Below are positions 1 through 15,228 of a stretch of 64,000 nt of DNA, one piece after another. Within the stretch, counting starts at the first letter, position 1, and each line of letters starts with the position of its first letter. The position numbers were made by a program, and so were the translations under genes. The stretch is from the human T2T-CHM13v2.0 reference genome, Homo sapiens: NCBI RefSeq assembly GCF_009914755.1, contig NC_060927.1; one strand, written 5' to 3'. Under the pieces are notes generated by a model. The model was not told where the DNA came from. It made no database searches and saw only the letters and a list, made by a program, of their open reading frames with translations.

Positions 1-253
1 TGAGTTCAATAGTATCTTGATTGGTACAATGGAGTTTTATCAGTAACGATGACTTGTGGGTCATTCTGCCTTCTTTGCATAACCAGTTGCTTCTCAATAT
101 CGCTTCTCAACTGTGTTAGTTTTGGGTCTCAATAATAGTATCCCGCCCTGTTGTTTCCATTGCTACAAAGCTTAGTGACTAAAGCTGGCGTTCAATGCAT
201 GGGAAATTCCTTGCATTTTGTCTTAAGTTATCTGTTTGAAGATCAAGCAGGGC

Positions 254-264
254 GTGTGTGTGTG

Positions 265-295
<31 letters not shown>

Positions 296-296
296 T
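254..296. repeat. (TG)n microsatellite
   Basis: About 20 TG units with one interruption. Confidence 0.95.
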
Positions 297-459
297 GGTG
301 AGTGAATATGTAGGTACATTACAAGTTTGATTAACCATGCCTTAGTATCATATTTTTGTGAAAAAAATCAATCATATTTAAAACAATATTTTAAGATGTC
401 TAAAATCAATGCCCCTGAAATCCACAGGGAATAAAATAGCAAAATTTTAACATATAAAC

Positions 460-1225
460 GTTTTTTATCCATTCTTCTGTCAGTGGATACCTATGTTGAT
501 TTCATATCTTGGCTATTGTGAATAATGCTGCAATGAACATGGGAATATAGATATCTCTTTGAAATACTGACTTCATTTCCTTTGGCTATATACCCAGAGT
601 GGGATTGCTGGATCATATGGTGATTCTATTTTTAGTTTTTTGTGGAACCTCCATACATTTTTCCATATGGCTGTTCCAATTTACATTCCCTTACATGCCA
701 ATGTTCCCTTTCTCCACATCTTCACTAACAGTTGTTATCTTTTGACTTTTTGATAATAGCCATCCTAACAAGTGTGAGGTTCTAGCTCATTGTGGTTTTG
801 ATTTTCATTTCTCTAATGACTAGCGATGTTGAGTACCTTTACATAAACCTGTTGGCCATTTGTCTTCCTCAGAAAAAAATGTCTATTCAGGTCCTTTGCC
901 CATTTTTAATAGGGGTATTATTATTTTTGCTATCAAATTCTATGAGTTCCTTATATATTTTGGATATTAGCCACCTATGAGATATATTGACTGTAAATAT
1001 TTTCTCTTCTTCTGTGGATTGCCTTTCATTTTCTTGTTTTCTTTACTGTGCAGAAAATTTTTAATTTGATATAATCCCTCCTGTTTAATTTGGCTTTTGT
1101 TCCTATGATTTTGGTGTCATCTCTACAAAATTGTTACCAAGACCAGTGTCATAGAGCTTTCTTCCTGTATTTCCTGCTAGAAGCTTTACAGTATTAGGTC
1201 TTCAGTTTATCCATTTTGTGTTGAT
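460..1225 (-). mobile_element. Old L1 (L1M-type) ORF2 3' fragment
   Basis: Diverged antisense L1 ORF2 motifs (ttggctattgtgaataatgctgcaatgaacat, gggattgctggatcatatgg, gctgtgcagaa); boundaries approximate. Confidence 0.8.
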
Positions 1226-3082
1226 TATATTAAATGCACATTACCTGTTTTTTACATAATAGTTTAATAAGTTAAGTAGGAGAATCATAAACAAGATCTT
1301 AATATCAGTATATAAGAATCATAGATTATTTATTGATAATAACACTTAGTAGGAATCACTATGATTGAATTTAGTAATAAGTCCTTAAATAAAACTACCC
1401 ATAACTTATTCCATAAGGATAAATATCTATCCCAAACTTCACAGAGACTGTATAGACTCTTAGAAATTCACCTGACAGTTTAACAACTAACAGGATAACA
1501 AACCTGTCCTTTCCTGGGCCATATGGTCCTCATTCTGTACCCTGAAGGCATTTATTTTGATCTTTACAGCATAGATAGTAATCACAGAAAAAAAAAGACT
1601 TTACCTATCATAAAAACATTCAAACCATTTTCAAAGCTAACTCATGTAATGTAATGTAATGTAGGGGTATCTAATACCAGTTTCACAGAGAAAAGTAGTC
1701 TTACTATCAGATCATAATATGTGAGGCTATGTCCTAGCATCCAAATTTTAACATACTTTCATAATTCACTTTTCCACTCTTATTGAAATATATCAAATAC
1801 TTTTTCTTATATATTTTTCTTTAATACATGAACTAATTTGATGTATTTTGTCATAAAACATAATTTTAGAAAAAAATCAATATTTTCTATGAAAAGACAA
1901 CCATCTCAATGTACAGAATATAAACATTTGGGCAATTATATTTATATTTTTACTTATTACCATTAAAATGCACGATGGGTTAGATTTTGTCATAATACAT
2001 TTATTTTTAACAACCTCACATTACTATATGCAACTATGTCAAGAAGTTTTTTTCTCTTTAGAAAATTTGCTTTCCTACTTTTGACAATGATTATTTCATC
2101 CTTTTCATAACTGATTAAAATGACCTCCTTCTTTAATTTTTAGTGATGTCCTTGCCAAATGCTTTATTGAGAAAATAAGCCATTAGATGGGAACTTCCCA
2201 CAGCAAAACAGAAATGTAGTGGCACCTGCACCTACCCATATCGTCCTTCTTTCCTCTAATTATAAAAGGCAGTGTCCCTCTATTTGTCAGAGGCTAATCC
2301 TCTACTCTTCCTCTCTCCCTGTCTCCCTCTCTCTCTTCTGCATATCCAGGCTCTTTTTTTCTGTAGGATCATTGCCACAAACAGATGTTCTATTATATTC
2401 TTTCTCATTATCTTATTCTTATCACCAGGGGAACCTATTACACATACAAATATCCAGGTCTATCCCAAGAATCTCCAGGAAAAGAGAATGGAGTTTGGAT
2501 GTTTTATAAAAATGCCAGGTGATTTTTTTCTCCTCTGGAAAATTTAGGTGATATTGCTTGTCAATATTACCCCTGCTGGCCCCACATCTCTGCCAACTAC
2601 TTCCCTACTTCTCTAACACTCTTCACAGCCAAACTTCTCAAATAATGGACTCACAGACATAAAGTCAATATTCTGAAAATTTATCAATTTTCTCCCCCTA
2701 GCCTGATCCTTCCACTGCCTAATTAATTGCATACACCAGCAGCTACCCATTCACCTAACCAGGAATTAGAGCAACTCTTGGTACCTCTTTCTTCCCCTCT
2801 ACACTGTGATCATCTGGATCAATGAGATCTATCTCTATCCCTTTTCACTGAAAACACTCTCCTCATGGCTGTTTCGTCTTCTGACCTGGACCACTGCAAT
2901 AGGCTCCTAACTTGTCCCCTGCTTTGATTGCTTTCAAACTCCAAACATTTTTTTTGCACAGCCTCCAGAATCTTCTTATCAAAACATATATGATATAGTT
3001 TCAGTCACCTGTTTATAATCAATATTGAATTCACGTTACACTTATAAAAAAATCTCCTTTTGGTTGTTTAAAAAGCCCTGCT

Positions 3083-3395
3083 GACTGGGTGGAGTGACTC
3101 AAAACTGCAATACCAGCTATTCAGGAGACTGGGGCTGGAGGATAACTTGTGGCCAGGAGTTGGAGACCAGTTTGGGTGTTATAGCAAGACCCCCATCCCT
3201 ACAAATTTTTTTTTAAATGGGCCAGGCATGGTGGTGTTTGCCAGTGGTCCTAGCTACTCAGGAGGCTGTAGCAGAAGGATTGCTTAAGTCCAGGAGTTTG
3301 AGGTTACAGTGAGCAATGGTAACAACACTGCACTCAGCCTGGGTGACAGAGCAAGACACTGTCTCTTGAAAAAAATTATAAATTAATTAAAAAAG
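3083..3395 (+). mobile_element. Alu, old (AluJ-like)
   Basis: Dimeric Alu with ccaggagttggagaccag, ggaggctg, gcctgggtgacagagcaagac and A-rich tail; heavily diverged. Confidence 0.85.
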
Positions 3396-3549
3396 AAAAT
3401 TTTGAAAAGTCTTGCTTCTCCAATGTTATTATCTTATTCAAATAAATTTTATTCGAAAACTATTTTTATATAATACAATGAGATGACTATAGTCAATAAT
3501 ACCTTAATTGTGTATTTTAAAATAAATGGTGTTTTCTGCCACTCTTGTA

Positions 3550-4420
3550 AACAACAGACAAGTACAGACCAGAGGAAGGAAATAAGTAAATGGCCGTGAT
3601 GGGCGATAAAGGAATAGCTGCGAAAGAGTCTGAGGAGCTGATGTTTGAGACCTGCAGGAAGGGAATGAGCCAGCTGTGTAACCTCCTCCTCACCAAAAAG
3701 AATATTCTTGGCACAGGATTAAAAAATGCAAAAGTCTTGAGATGAGAAAGGGTTTGGAGAGTTCTAGGAAGTGGCAGAGAATAATATGACTGAAGGGAGT
3801 CTGTCATGAACCTAAGGAGGTAAACAGAAGCCAGAGCACTTGAGGCTACACAGGCCATGGTGAGGACTTTGAAATATTTTTCAAATGCATGAGGAATTCA
3901 TTAGGCATCTGAACCAGAGAAGTAAGATGATTTGATTTATATGACTGCTTTGTAGAGGGAGGAGCAAAAGTATGAGGAGGTGGGGGTCATTTTAACCTTT
4001 CGACTTGTGCCACCTTCATCTAAACAATACTCTAACCTCAGTGGCTACTTCTAGTTCCTTCAGAAAACAAAAGCATTTCAGAAGATTGTAGCACATGCTG
4101 TTTGCCTTGTCTCAGATTCTCCTTTGCACCTTTCTTCCTTAAGGAAGCAACTTACACATCATGTATGTGTTGACTCATTCTGTGGCAGCACCAGTGAAAT
4201 AAAGTTTAACATCATTATTCTTTTACAGAGCACCATATTCTCGTTCTTCATCACTATTTTAATTCTGTTTTCTGTGATTGTGTCTGTGTATTCTTTTTAA
4301 CTATCCATTTTCTCAATAAACTCTAAGCCCTGTGAGAGCACACACCATGCTTCTCTCGTATTACCAGTGCAGATTGATAATGGGTGCTCTGTAAATGTCT
4401 CCTAAATACCTAATAAATAT
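3550..4420. mobile_element. L2 fragments
   Basis: L2-like motifs (ggccatggtgaggactttg, taagccctgtgagagca, taataaatatgtgctga); very diverged. Confidence 0.45.
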
Positions 4421-5653
4421 GTGCTGACATCATTAGTAAATTTACATTTCAAAAGATGCAATTTATAGAAAAAATTCCAGTGTTTTTCTGCTCTCTGAAC
4501 AGATTTTTTTAATAGACATTGATCATATGGTAAAAGCCTAGACCTGTTCTCCTAAGCAAAATTCTGCATGTGTACCTTTCTGTCAACTCAACTCCAGAAA
4601 TACACTCCTAAAAATTTAATAGGAGACTTCAAAACTGAATTCGTGGCTGGTACAAAGCATTCAAGTTTCTGAATGGTGTAGTTATTCAGATCAGTGCATA
4701 GAACTGTGTTTATACACGTACCCTGTAGTGTCTTTTAAGAAAAACAACATCATTCTGATAGAAATGATGTTTCTTCAGTCTTTCTGGATTTAGTACATTT
4801 TATGGTCAAATTTTATTTTTTTCTTGGTGGCTAAGTACCTTTTGAAACTAATTGTTTGAATTTAAAAACGTTGTTGCATATACCGCAATAGAAGTCTTTT
4901 TATAATGCATCATTTCACTTTTCAGCCTTCATTAGAGTTGATGATTTATAGCAGTACCATTCTCAAAGAATCTTCCGCTTAGAGTGTCTCCATGAATATC
5001 GTCACTGGAAGTGGGGAAGGTGGAAAAGCTGATGGTCAGGGTGGGCCAGATCAAACAATTACTTAGATGCTGCAAAGAATCATAATAAGGGAAGGACAGT
5101 TACATTAAACTTTGTGTTATGCTTGTTCCCTAGTAATTGATTGCTTTTTCTAAAAGTAGAGTAAATCAGAGGAGATGTGAGGGTTTTAAGTTTTGATAGT
5201 ACATCAGTACAAGGCTACAGATGTTTATTCAACAATAACCGTGTGTGAGACATTATGTTAGGTCCTGTGATGATTATATAGGTACCAGATGTAGCTTCCA
5301 TCCTCAACAGCTTACGTTTAAATGTGGAAGAAAAAAGAATATTTAGAACACTATAATACCCCTCAGAACATGTAATTATTAGAGCAAAAATAAAAGGAGT
5401 TCGGGAATCCCGAGGGGAGGTGAGTTTACTTTTATATTTGGAGTTTTCTGGTATTTGTATGCAAAAGGGACTTTTGGATAGTGGATGAAATTGAAATTTC
5501 TACAGGTAGGTAACAGGAAAACAGGCTGGGGGAACACTACAGAAAAGGGAAGACATGCAAATAGGTAGGATACTTCCAAATCACATCGCATAATACGGTT
5601 TTGCTAGACTATAGGATAAAAAAAGGAAATTATGGGGAAAAAGCCTGATAGAT

Positions 5654-5993
5654 CAGGGATCCTCAGCCCCCGTGCCATGGACTGCTTCCAGGCCATGGCC
5701 TGTTACGAACCAGGTGGCAAAGCAGAAGGCAAACGGCGGGCTGGTGAGCATTACCGCCTGAGCTCTACTTACTGCAGATCAGCAGGGGCATTAGATTATC
5801 ATAGGAGAGCAAACCCTGTTGTGAACCGCACACACGAGGAGTCTAGGTTATGCGCTCCTCATGATAATCTAATGCCTGATGATCTGAGGCAGAACAGTTT
5901 CATACTGAAACCATCCCCCACCACACCCCCATTCGTGGAAAAATTGTCTTCCATGAAACTGGCCCCTGGTGCCAAACAGGTTGGGGACCGCTG
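5654..5993 (+). mobile_element. MER1B hAT-Charlie non-autonomous DNA transposon
   Basis: CAGGG...GGGGACCGCTG termini; internal ttagattatcataggag and aatctaatgcctgatgatctgagg; 8-bp hAT TSD tgatagat (5646-5653) / cgatagat (5994-6001). Confidence 0.85.
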
Positions 5994-6883
5994 CGATAGA
6001 TGATTCGTCAGGTGATGGAAGACTAAATGTCATTTCTAGACATTTGGGCTTTTATCCATAAGGAAAGGGGAGACACTGAAGTTACTGAAGTGATATGTTG
6101 CACTGTGTTTAGGGAATAGTTCTTTGGCAGCTACTTCTAAAAAGGGCTGGAGATGAAGGGATTCATACGAGAGAATTAAGCTTTCAATAGTCTAAGAAAA
6201 GGATCTGCTATGCTAGAGCAGGGAAAGTAGACAGTGTGTGAATTCAATATGTTTTATTAAAGTGAGTTCTATAGGACATAGTGACTGAGATGTGCAGAGT
6301 GACAGAGAAAGTATCAGAGAATACTTCCAGGTTCTGAATGTGGAGCCTTTGAGATCAGCCTTCTCATTGACAGTGGTAGGAAGAACAGAAGGAAGAACAG
6401 GTCTGCCATGCAGATAAGCATTCTTGGCAACAGTCAAGAAACTAATTTAAATGTTTGAATGCCTCCTGTTTCCATTGTATGTAACAAGGTGTAGTGGCAG
6501 CCAATCCAGATTTTAGGCACCTTGTAAGGGGGCTGTGGAGCCAATCAGTGACAGGAAATGGCAATACAAGAAGGAAAACAAATACGAAACATTCACTAAT
6601 ATCTCAGAATATTAACTCACTACGTTGACTGCCACCAAGAGAGAAAGAAAATTCCCTTTATTTTGAGCTTTGGAGAGCAGTGCCAGTTATATCACAGAAG
6701 AATGTGAAATGGTAGGTAGAAACGAGGAACAATCAGGGTGATAGGATGAGGTTTAGACTACTGCAGAAAACCACAGTGCAAGGCATTTCCAAAAAGTAGA
6801 TTCAAACGGTATTAACAAAAGCTGAAAAAGGGAAAGAAAAACAAAAACTGAGGGAATAGACTTCCAGTTAAATAATAGAAGGA

Positions 6884-7578
6884 TTTATAATCCATTGGGT
6901 ATATACCCAGTAATGGGATTGCTGGGTCAAATGGTATTTCTGGTTCTATGTCTTTGTGGAATCGCCACACTCTCTTCTATAATGGTTGAACTAATTTACA
7001 CGCCCACCAACAGTGTAAAAGCATTCCTATTTCTCTGCATCTTCGCTGGCATCTGTTGTTTCTAGACTTTTTAATGATCGCCATTCTAACTGGCGTGCAC
7101 ACGTATGTTTGTTGCAGGACTATTTACAATAGCAAAAACTTGGAACCAACCCAAATGCCCATCAATGATAGACTGAATAAAGAAAACGTAGCACATATAC
7201 ACCATGGAATACTATGCAGCCATAAAAAGAATGAGTTCATGTCCTTTGCAGGGACGTGGATGAAGCTGGAGACCATCATTCTCAGCAAACTAACACAGGA
7301 ACAGAAAACCAAACACTGCATGTTCTCACTCATAAGTGGGAGTTGAACAATGAGAACGCATGGACTCAGGGAGAGGAACATCACACACCAGGGCCTATTG
7401 GAGGGTGAAGGGAAAGGGAAAGGATAGCATTCTGACAAATACCTAATGCATGTGGAGCTTAAAACCTAGATGATGTGTTGATAGGTGCAGCAAACCACCA
7501 AGTCACATGTATACCTATGTAACAAACCTGCAGGTTCAACACATGTACCCCAGAACTTAAGGTAAAATTTTAAAAAAG
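6884..7578 (+). mobile_element. 5'-truncated, 5'-inverted L1PA (twin-priming insertion)
   Basis: 6884-7097 is antisense ORF2; 7098-7578 is sense ORF2 end plus 3'UTR; flanked by TSD-like atagaagga at 6875-6883 and 7579-7587. Confidence 0.85.
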
Positions 7579-7759
7579 ATAGAAGGAACATTGAGGTATT
7601 AAGAAAACTATTCTGAATTTTGGAATAATATATATTACATTGTGAGAGACCTAATTATAAAATTGGATAATGAAAAGGCAAGGCAAAACAAGAAGATGTG
7701 CATAAAAGAATGAAAACAAAAGAAGCTCTCCTCTCTTTTTTTATAAGAATCAAAGAAAT

Positions 7760-7927
7760 GTTTCTTCTTTCTTCTCTTTCTCTTCCTCTTTTTCTTACTC
7801 TTTCTTTCTTTCTTTCTCTTTCTTTCTTCCCTTCTTTCTCTCCTTCCTTCTCTCCTTCCTTCTCTCCTTCCTTCCTTCCTTCCTTCCTTCCTTCCTTCGT
7901 TCCTTCCTTTCTTCCTTTCTTTCTTTC
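7760..7927. repeat. (TTTC)n/(TTCC)n pyrimidine tract, expanded tail of the adjacent Alu
   Basis: Directly visible; abuts the 3' end of the minus-strand Alu. Confidence 0.9.
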
Positions 7928-8196
7928 TTGACAGTGTTTCACTCTTGTCGCCCGGGCTGGCATGCAATGGTGCCATCCTCCGCCTCCTGGGTTCAGGCGA
8001 TTCTCCTGCCTCAGCCTCCTGAGTATCTGGAATTATAGGCACTCCCCACCATGCCTGACTAATGTTTGTATTCTTAGTGGAGATGGGGTTTCACCGTGTT
8101 GACCAGGCTGGTCTCGAACTCCTGACCTCAGGTGATCCACTTGCCTTGGCCTTTCAAATTGCTGAGAATTCAGGCTTAAGCCACCACATCCAGCCC
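7928..8196 (-). mobile_element. AluS with a small internal deletion
   Basis: gtttcactcttgtcgccc, ctcctgacctcaggtgatcc; lacks the ggctcactgcaac segment. Confidence 0.9.
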
Positions 8197-9458
8197 AAAG
8201 GGATGTTTTTTAAAGATTGTTCTTGATAGAAAATGCCACCATGAAAATAAATAGAAAATAGTCTTAAAATAAAAATATTCTTTAACTTCCCAACACATTG
8301 TTTTGTACATATAAGAGAAATACACATTTATTTTTTAAAAACATATTTTGAAAGATTATAATATAACTTCTAGATTTAAATAAATTTATTCACTTATTTT
8401 ATAACTGAAGCTAAATTAAAAATTGACTAATAACAGAAAAATGAGAATGTGTTTCTATTCAAGTAGTAAGATACCCTTTTTATTTTTGAAGATATGAGAT
8501 TTTTATTATTGACAATATTAATTTTGAAGAGATGTATGTGTGTGCATATGTGTGTAAAATGAAATAGAGAAATAATTTCTTCTTAAGTTCACAGAATTTC
8601 CACTAGCCAGGTATTGAATTCTTCTATACTGTTGTAAATTGATAAAATTCAAATTCTTGACACAAAAAAATTAGATAATACATTCAAAATATTTAGAACG
8701 AGGTTTTAAATGGAAGGCAACACAATTCATGACACAGACTTAAGCAATATATTTAATAATATTTAGAACAAGGTTCTGCAGACCCAATTATATTTAGTTA
8801 ATTTAATTGAAATGTTTTTAAATATATTGTTTCATTGCATTGATCACTAACTTTGAAGGGATTTATTTTTATTAACTTGCAGCATAGAAAGGAGTAAAAA
8901 TAAACAATACTCATATTTTCCCCAGTTAATGAAAATAAACAAGTATTAGTAAAAAGCTTCTGATCTCTAAGAGTACATAATAGAATTCTTTTTGAGAATA
9001 ACTGCTGTTTTGACAAATACCATATCCTTCAAGACAAATCGAACAACCAAAAGACAATCTGCCTTTATTTCTCAAAATGACTTTGACCTCAAATTCTGAA
9101 ACTGACAGGGTGACTTTGCTCAGTGAATAAATATGATACAGAACCTTTTAGAGGGAATCGAATATGCCGAATACCCAAGTGATCTCTCTGTCTCTCTTTT
9201 TTTTTTTTTTTATTATACTCTAAGTTTTAGGGTACATGTGCACATTGTGCAGGTTAGTTACATATGTATACATGTGCCATGCTGGTGCGCTGCACCCACT
9301 AATGTGTCATCTAGCATTAGGTATATCTCCCAATGCTATCCCTCCCCCCTCCCCCGACCCCACCACAGTCCCCAGAGTGTGATATTCCCCTTCCTGTGTC
9401 CATGTGATCTCATTGTTCAATTCCCACCTATGAGTGAGAATATGCGGTGTTTGGTTTT

Positions 9459-13268
<3,810 letters not shown>

Positions 13269-13307
13269 TCATTAGTTGATGCAGTTTCTTCCTAGTCTCG
13301 ATGGTCT

Positions 13308-14323
13308 TTACATTTTGGCATGATTTTGCAGCGGCTGGTACCGGTTGTTCCTTTCCATGTTTAGCGCTTCCTTCAGGAGCTCTTTTAGGGCAGGCCTGGT
13401 GGTGACAAAATCTCTCAACATTTGCTTGTCTATAAAGTATTTTATTTCTCCTTCACTTATGAAGCTTAGTTTGGCTGGATATGAAATTCTGGGTTGAAAA
13501 TTCTTTTCTTTAAGAATGTTGAATATTGGCCCCCACTCTCTTCTGGCTTGTAGGGTTTCTGCCGAGAGATCCGCTGTTAGTCTGATGGGCTTTCCTTTGA
13601 GGGTAACCCGACCTTTCTCTCTGGCTGCCCTTAACATTTTTTCCTTCATTTCAACTTTGGTGAATCTGACAATTATGTGTCTTGGAGTTGCTCTTCTCGA
13701 GGAGTATCTTTGTGGCGTTCTCTGTATTTCCTGAATCTGAACGTTGGCCTGCCTTGCTAGATTGGGGAAGTTCTCCTGGATAATATCCTGCAGAGTGTTT
13801 TCCAACTTGGTTCCATTCTCCACATCACTTTCAGGTACACCAATCAGACGTAGATTTGGTCTTTTCACATAGTCCCATATTTCTTGGAGGCTTTGCTCAT
13901 TTCTTTTTATTCTTTTTTCTCTAAACTTCCCTTCTCGCTTCATTTCATTCATTTCATCTTCCATTGCTGATACCCTTTCTTCCAGTTGATCGCATCGGCT
14001 CCTGAGGCTTCTGCATTCTTCACGTAGTTCTCGAGCCTTGGTTTTCAGCTCCATCAGCTCCTTTAAGCACTTCTCTGTATTGGTTATTCTAGTTATACAT
14101 TCTTCTAAATTTTTTTCAAAGTTTTCAACTTCTTTGCCTTTGGTTTGAATTCCTCCCGTAGCTCAGAGTAATTTGATCGTCTGAAGCCTTCTTCTCTCAG
14201 CTCGTCAAAATCATTCTCCATCCAGCTTTGTTCTGTTGCTGGTGAGGAACTGCGTTCCTTTGGAGGAGGAGAGGCGCTCTGCGTTTTAGAGTTTCCAGTT
14301 TTTCTGTTCTGTTTTTTCCCCAT
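13308..14323 (-). pseudogene. L1 ORF1p, frameshifted
   Basis: MGKKQNRK...SELRE then out of frame (EFKPKAKK...*). Consensus GAGGACATTC reads GAGGAATTC, a 1-bp deletion at 14150/14151. The remainder (MELKTK...NHAKM*) is open at 13308-14054. Confidence 0.93.
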
Positions 14324-15228
14324 CTTTGTGGTTTTATCTACTTTTGGTCTTTGATGATGGTGATGTACAGATGGGTTTTCGGTGTAGATGTCCTTTCTGG
14401 TTGTTAGTTTTCCTTCTAACAGACAGGACCCTCAGCTGCAGGTCTGTTGGAATACCCTGCCGTGTGAGGTGTCAGTGTGCCCCTGCTGGGGGGTGCCTCC
14501 CAGTTAGGCTGCTCGGGGGTCAGGAGTCAGGGACCCACTTGAGGAGGCAGTCTGCCTGTTCTCAGATCTCCAGCTGCGTGCTGGGAGAACCACTGCTCTC
14601 TTCAAAGCTGTCAGACAGGGACACTTAAGTCTGCAGAGGTTACTGCTGTCTTTTTGTTTGTCTGTGCCCTGCCCCCAGAGGTGGAGCCTACAGAGGCAGG
14701 CAGGCCTCCTTGAGCTGTGGTGGGCTCCACCCAGTTCGAGCTTCCTGGCTGCTTTGTTTACCTAAGCAAGCCTGGGCAATGGCGGGCGCCCCTCCCCCAG
14801 CCTCGTTGCCGCCTTGCAGTTTGATCTCAGACTGCTGTGCTAGCAATCAGCGAGACTCCGTGGGCGTAGGACCCTCCGAGCCAGGTGTGGGATATAGTCT
14901 TGTGGTGCGCCGTTTCTTAAGCCGGTCTGAAAAGCGCAATATTCGGGTGGGAGTGACCCGATTTTCCAGGTGCGTCCGTCACCCCTTTCTTTGACTCGGA
15001 AAGGGAACTCCCTGACCCCTTGCGCTTCCCAGGTGAGGCAATGCCTCGCCCTGCTTCGGCTCGCGCACGGTGCGCACACACACTGGCCTGCGCCCACTGT
15101 CTGGCACTCCCTAGTGAGATGAACCCGGTACCTCAGATGGAAATGCAGAAATCACCGTCTTATGCGTCGCTCACGCTGGGAGCTGTAGACCGGAGCTGTT
15201 CCTATTCGGCCATCTTGGCTCCTCCCTC
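14324..15228. promoter_or_regulatory. L1HS 5'UTR CpG island: sense promoter (- strand) and antisense promoter (ASP, fires on + strand toward the last EPHA3 exons)
   Basis: Intact CpG-rich 905-bp 5'UTR with YY1 site; the ASP is an established property of L1HS 5'UTRs. Confidence 0.85.
14779..14994 (+). CDS. ORF0: L1 ORF0, 71 aa, intact
   Basis: MAGAPPPASLPPCSLISDCC...TRFSRCVRHPFL*; strong Kozak gcaATGg; internal splice donors CAG|GTGTGG (after 14884) and CAG|GTGCGT (after 14969). Confidence 0.9.
   Translation: MAGAPPPASLPPCSLISDCCASNQRDSVGVGPSEPGVGYSLVVRRFLSRSEKRNIRVGVTRFSRCVRHPFL

Noticed and set aside
5632-6003. 123-aa ORF
   Set aside because: Lies over MER1B; no similarity to a protein I recognise
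7865-7910. (GGAA)n tract as an EWS-FLI1 response element
   Set aside because: Only about 7 consecutive units; explained as an expanded Alu tail
7635-8042. Lys/Arg/Glu-rich ORFs of 102-135 aa
   Set aside because: Translations of an Alu plus a simple repeat
13308-14054. 248-aa ORF as a functional ORF1p
   Set aside because: C-terminal remnant after the frameshift; lacks the N-terminal region and part of the coiled coil needed for retrotransposition
14884-14890. First ORF0 splice donor as the source of an EPHA3 fusion
   Set aside because: Phase 1; joining it to 20837 reads out of frame and reaches TAG within the exon
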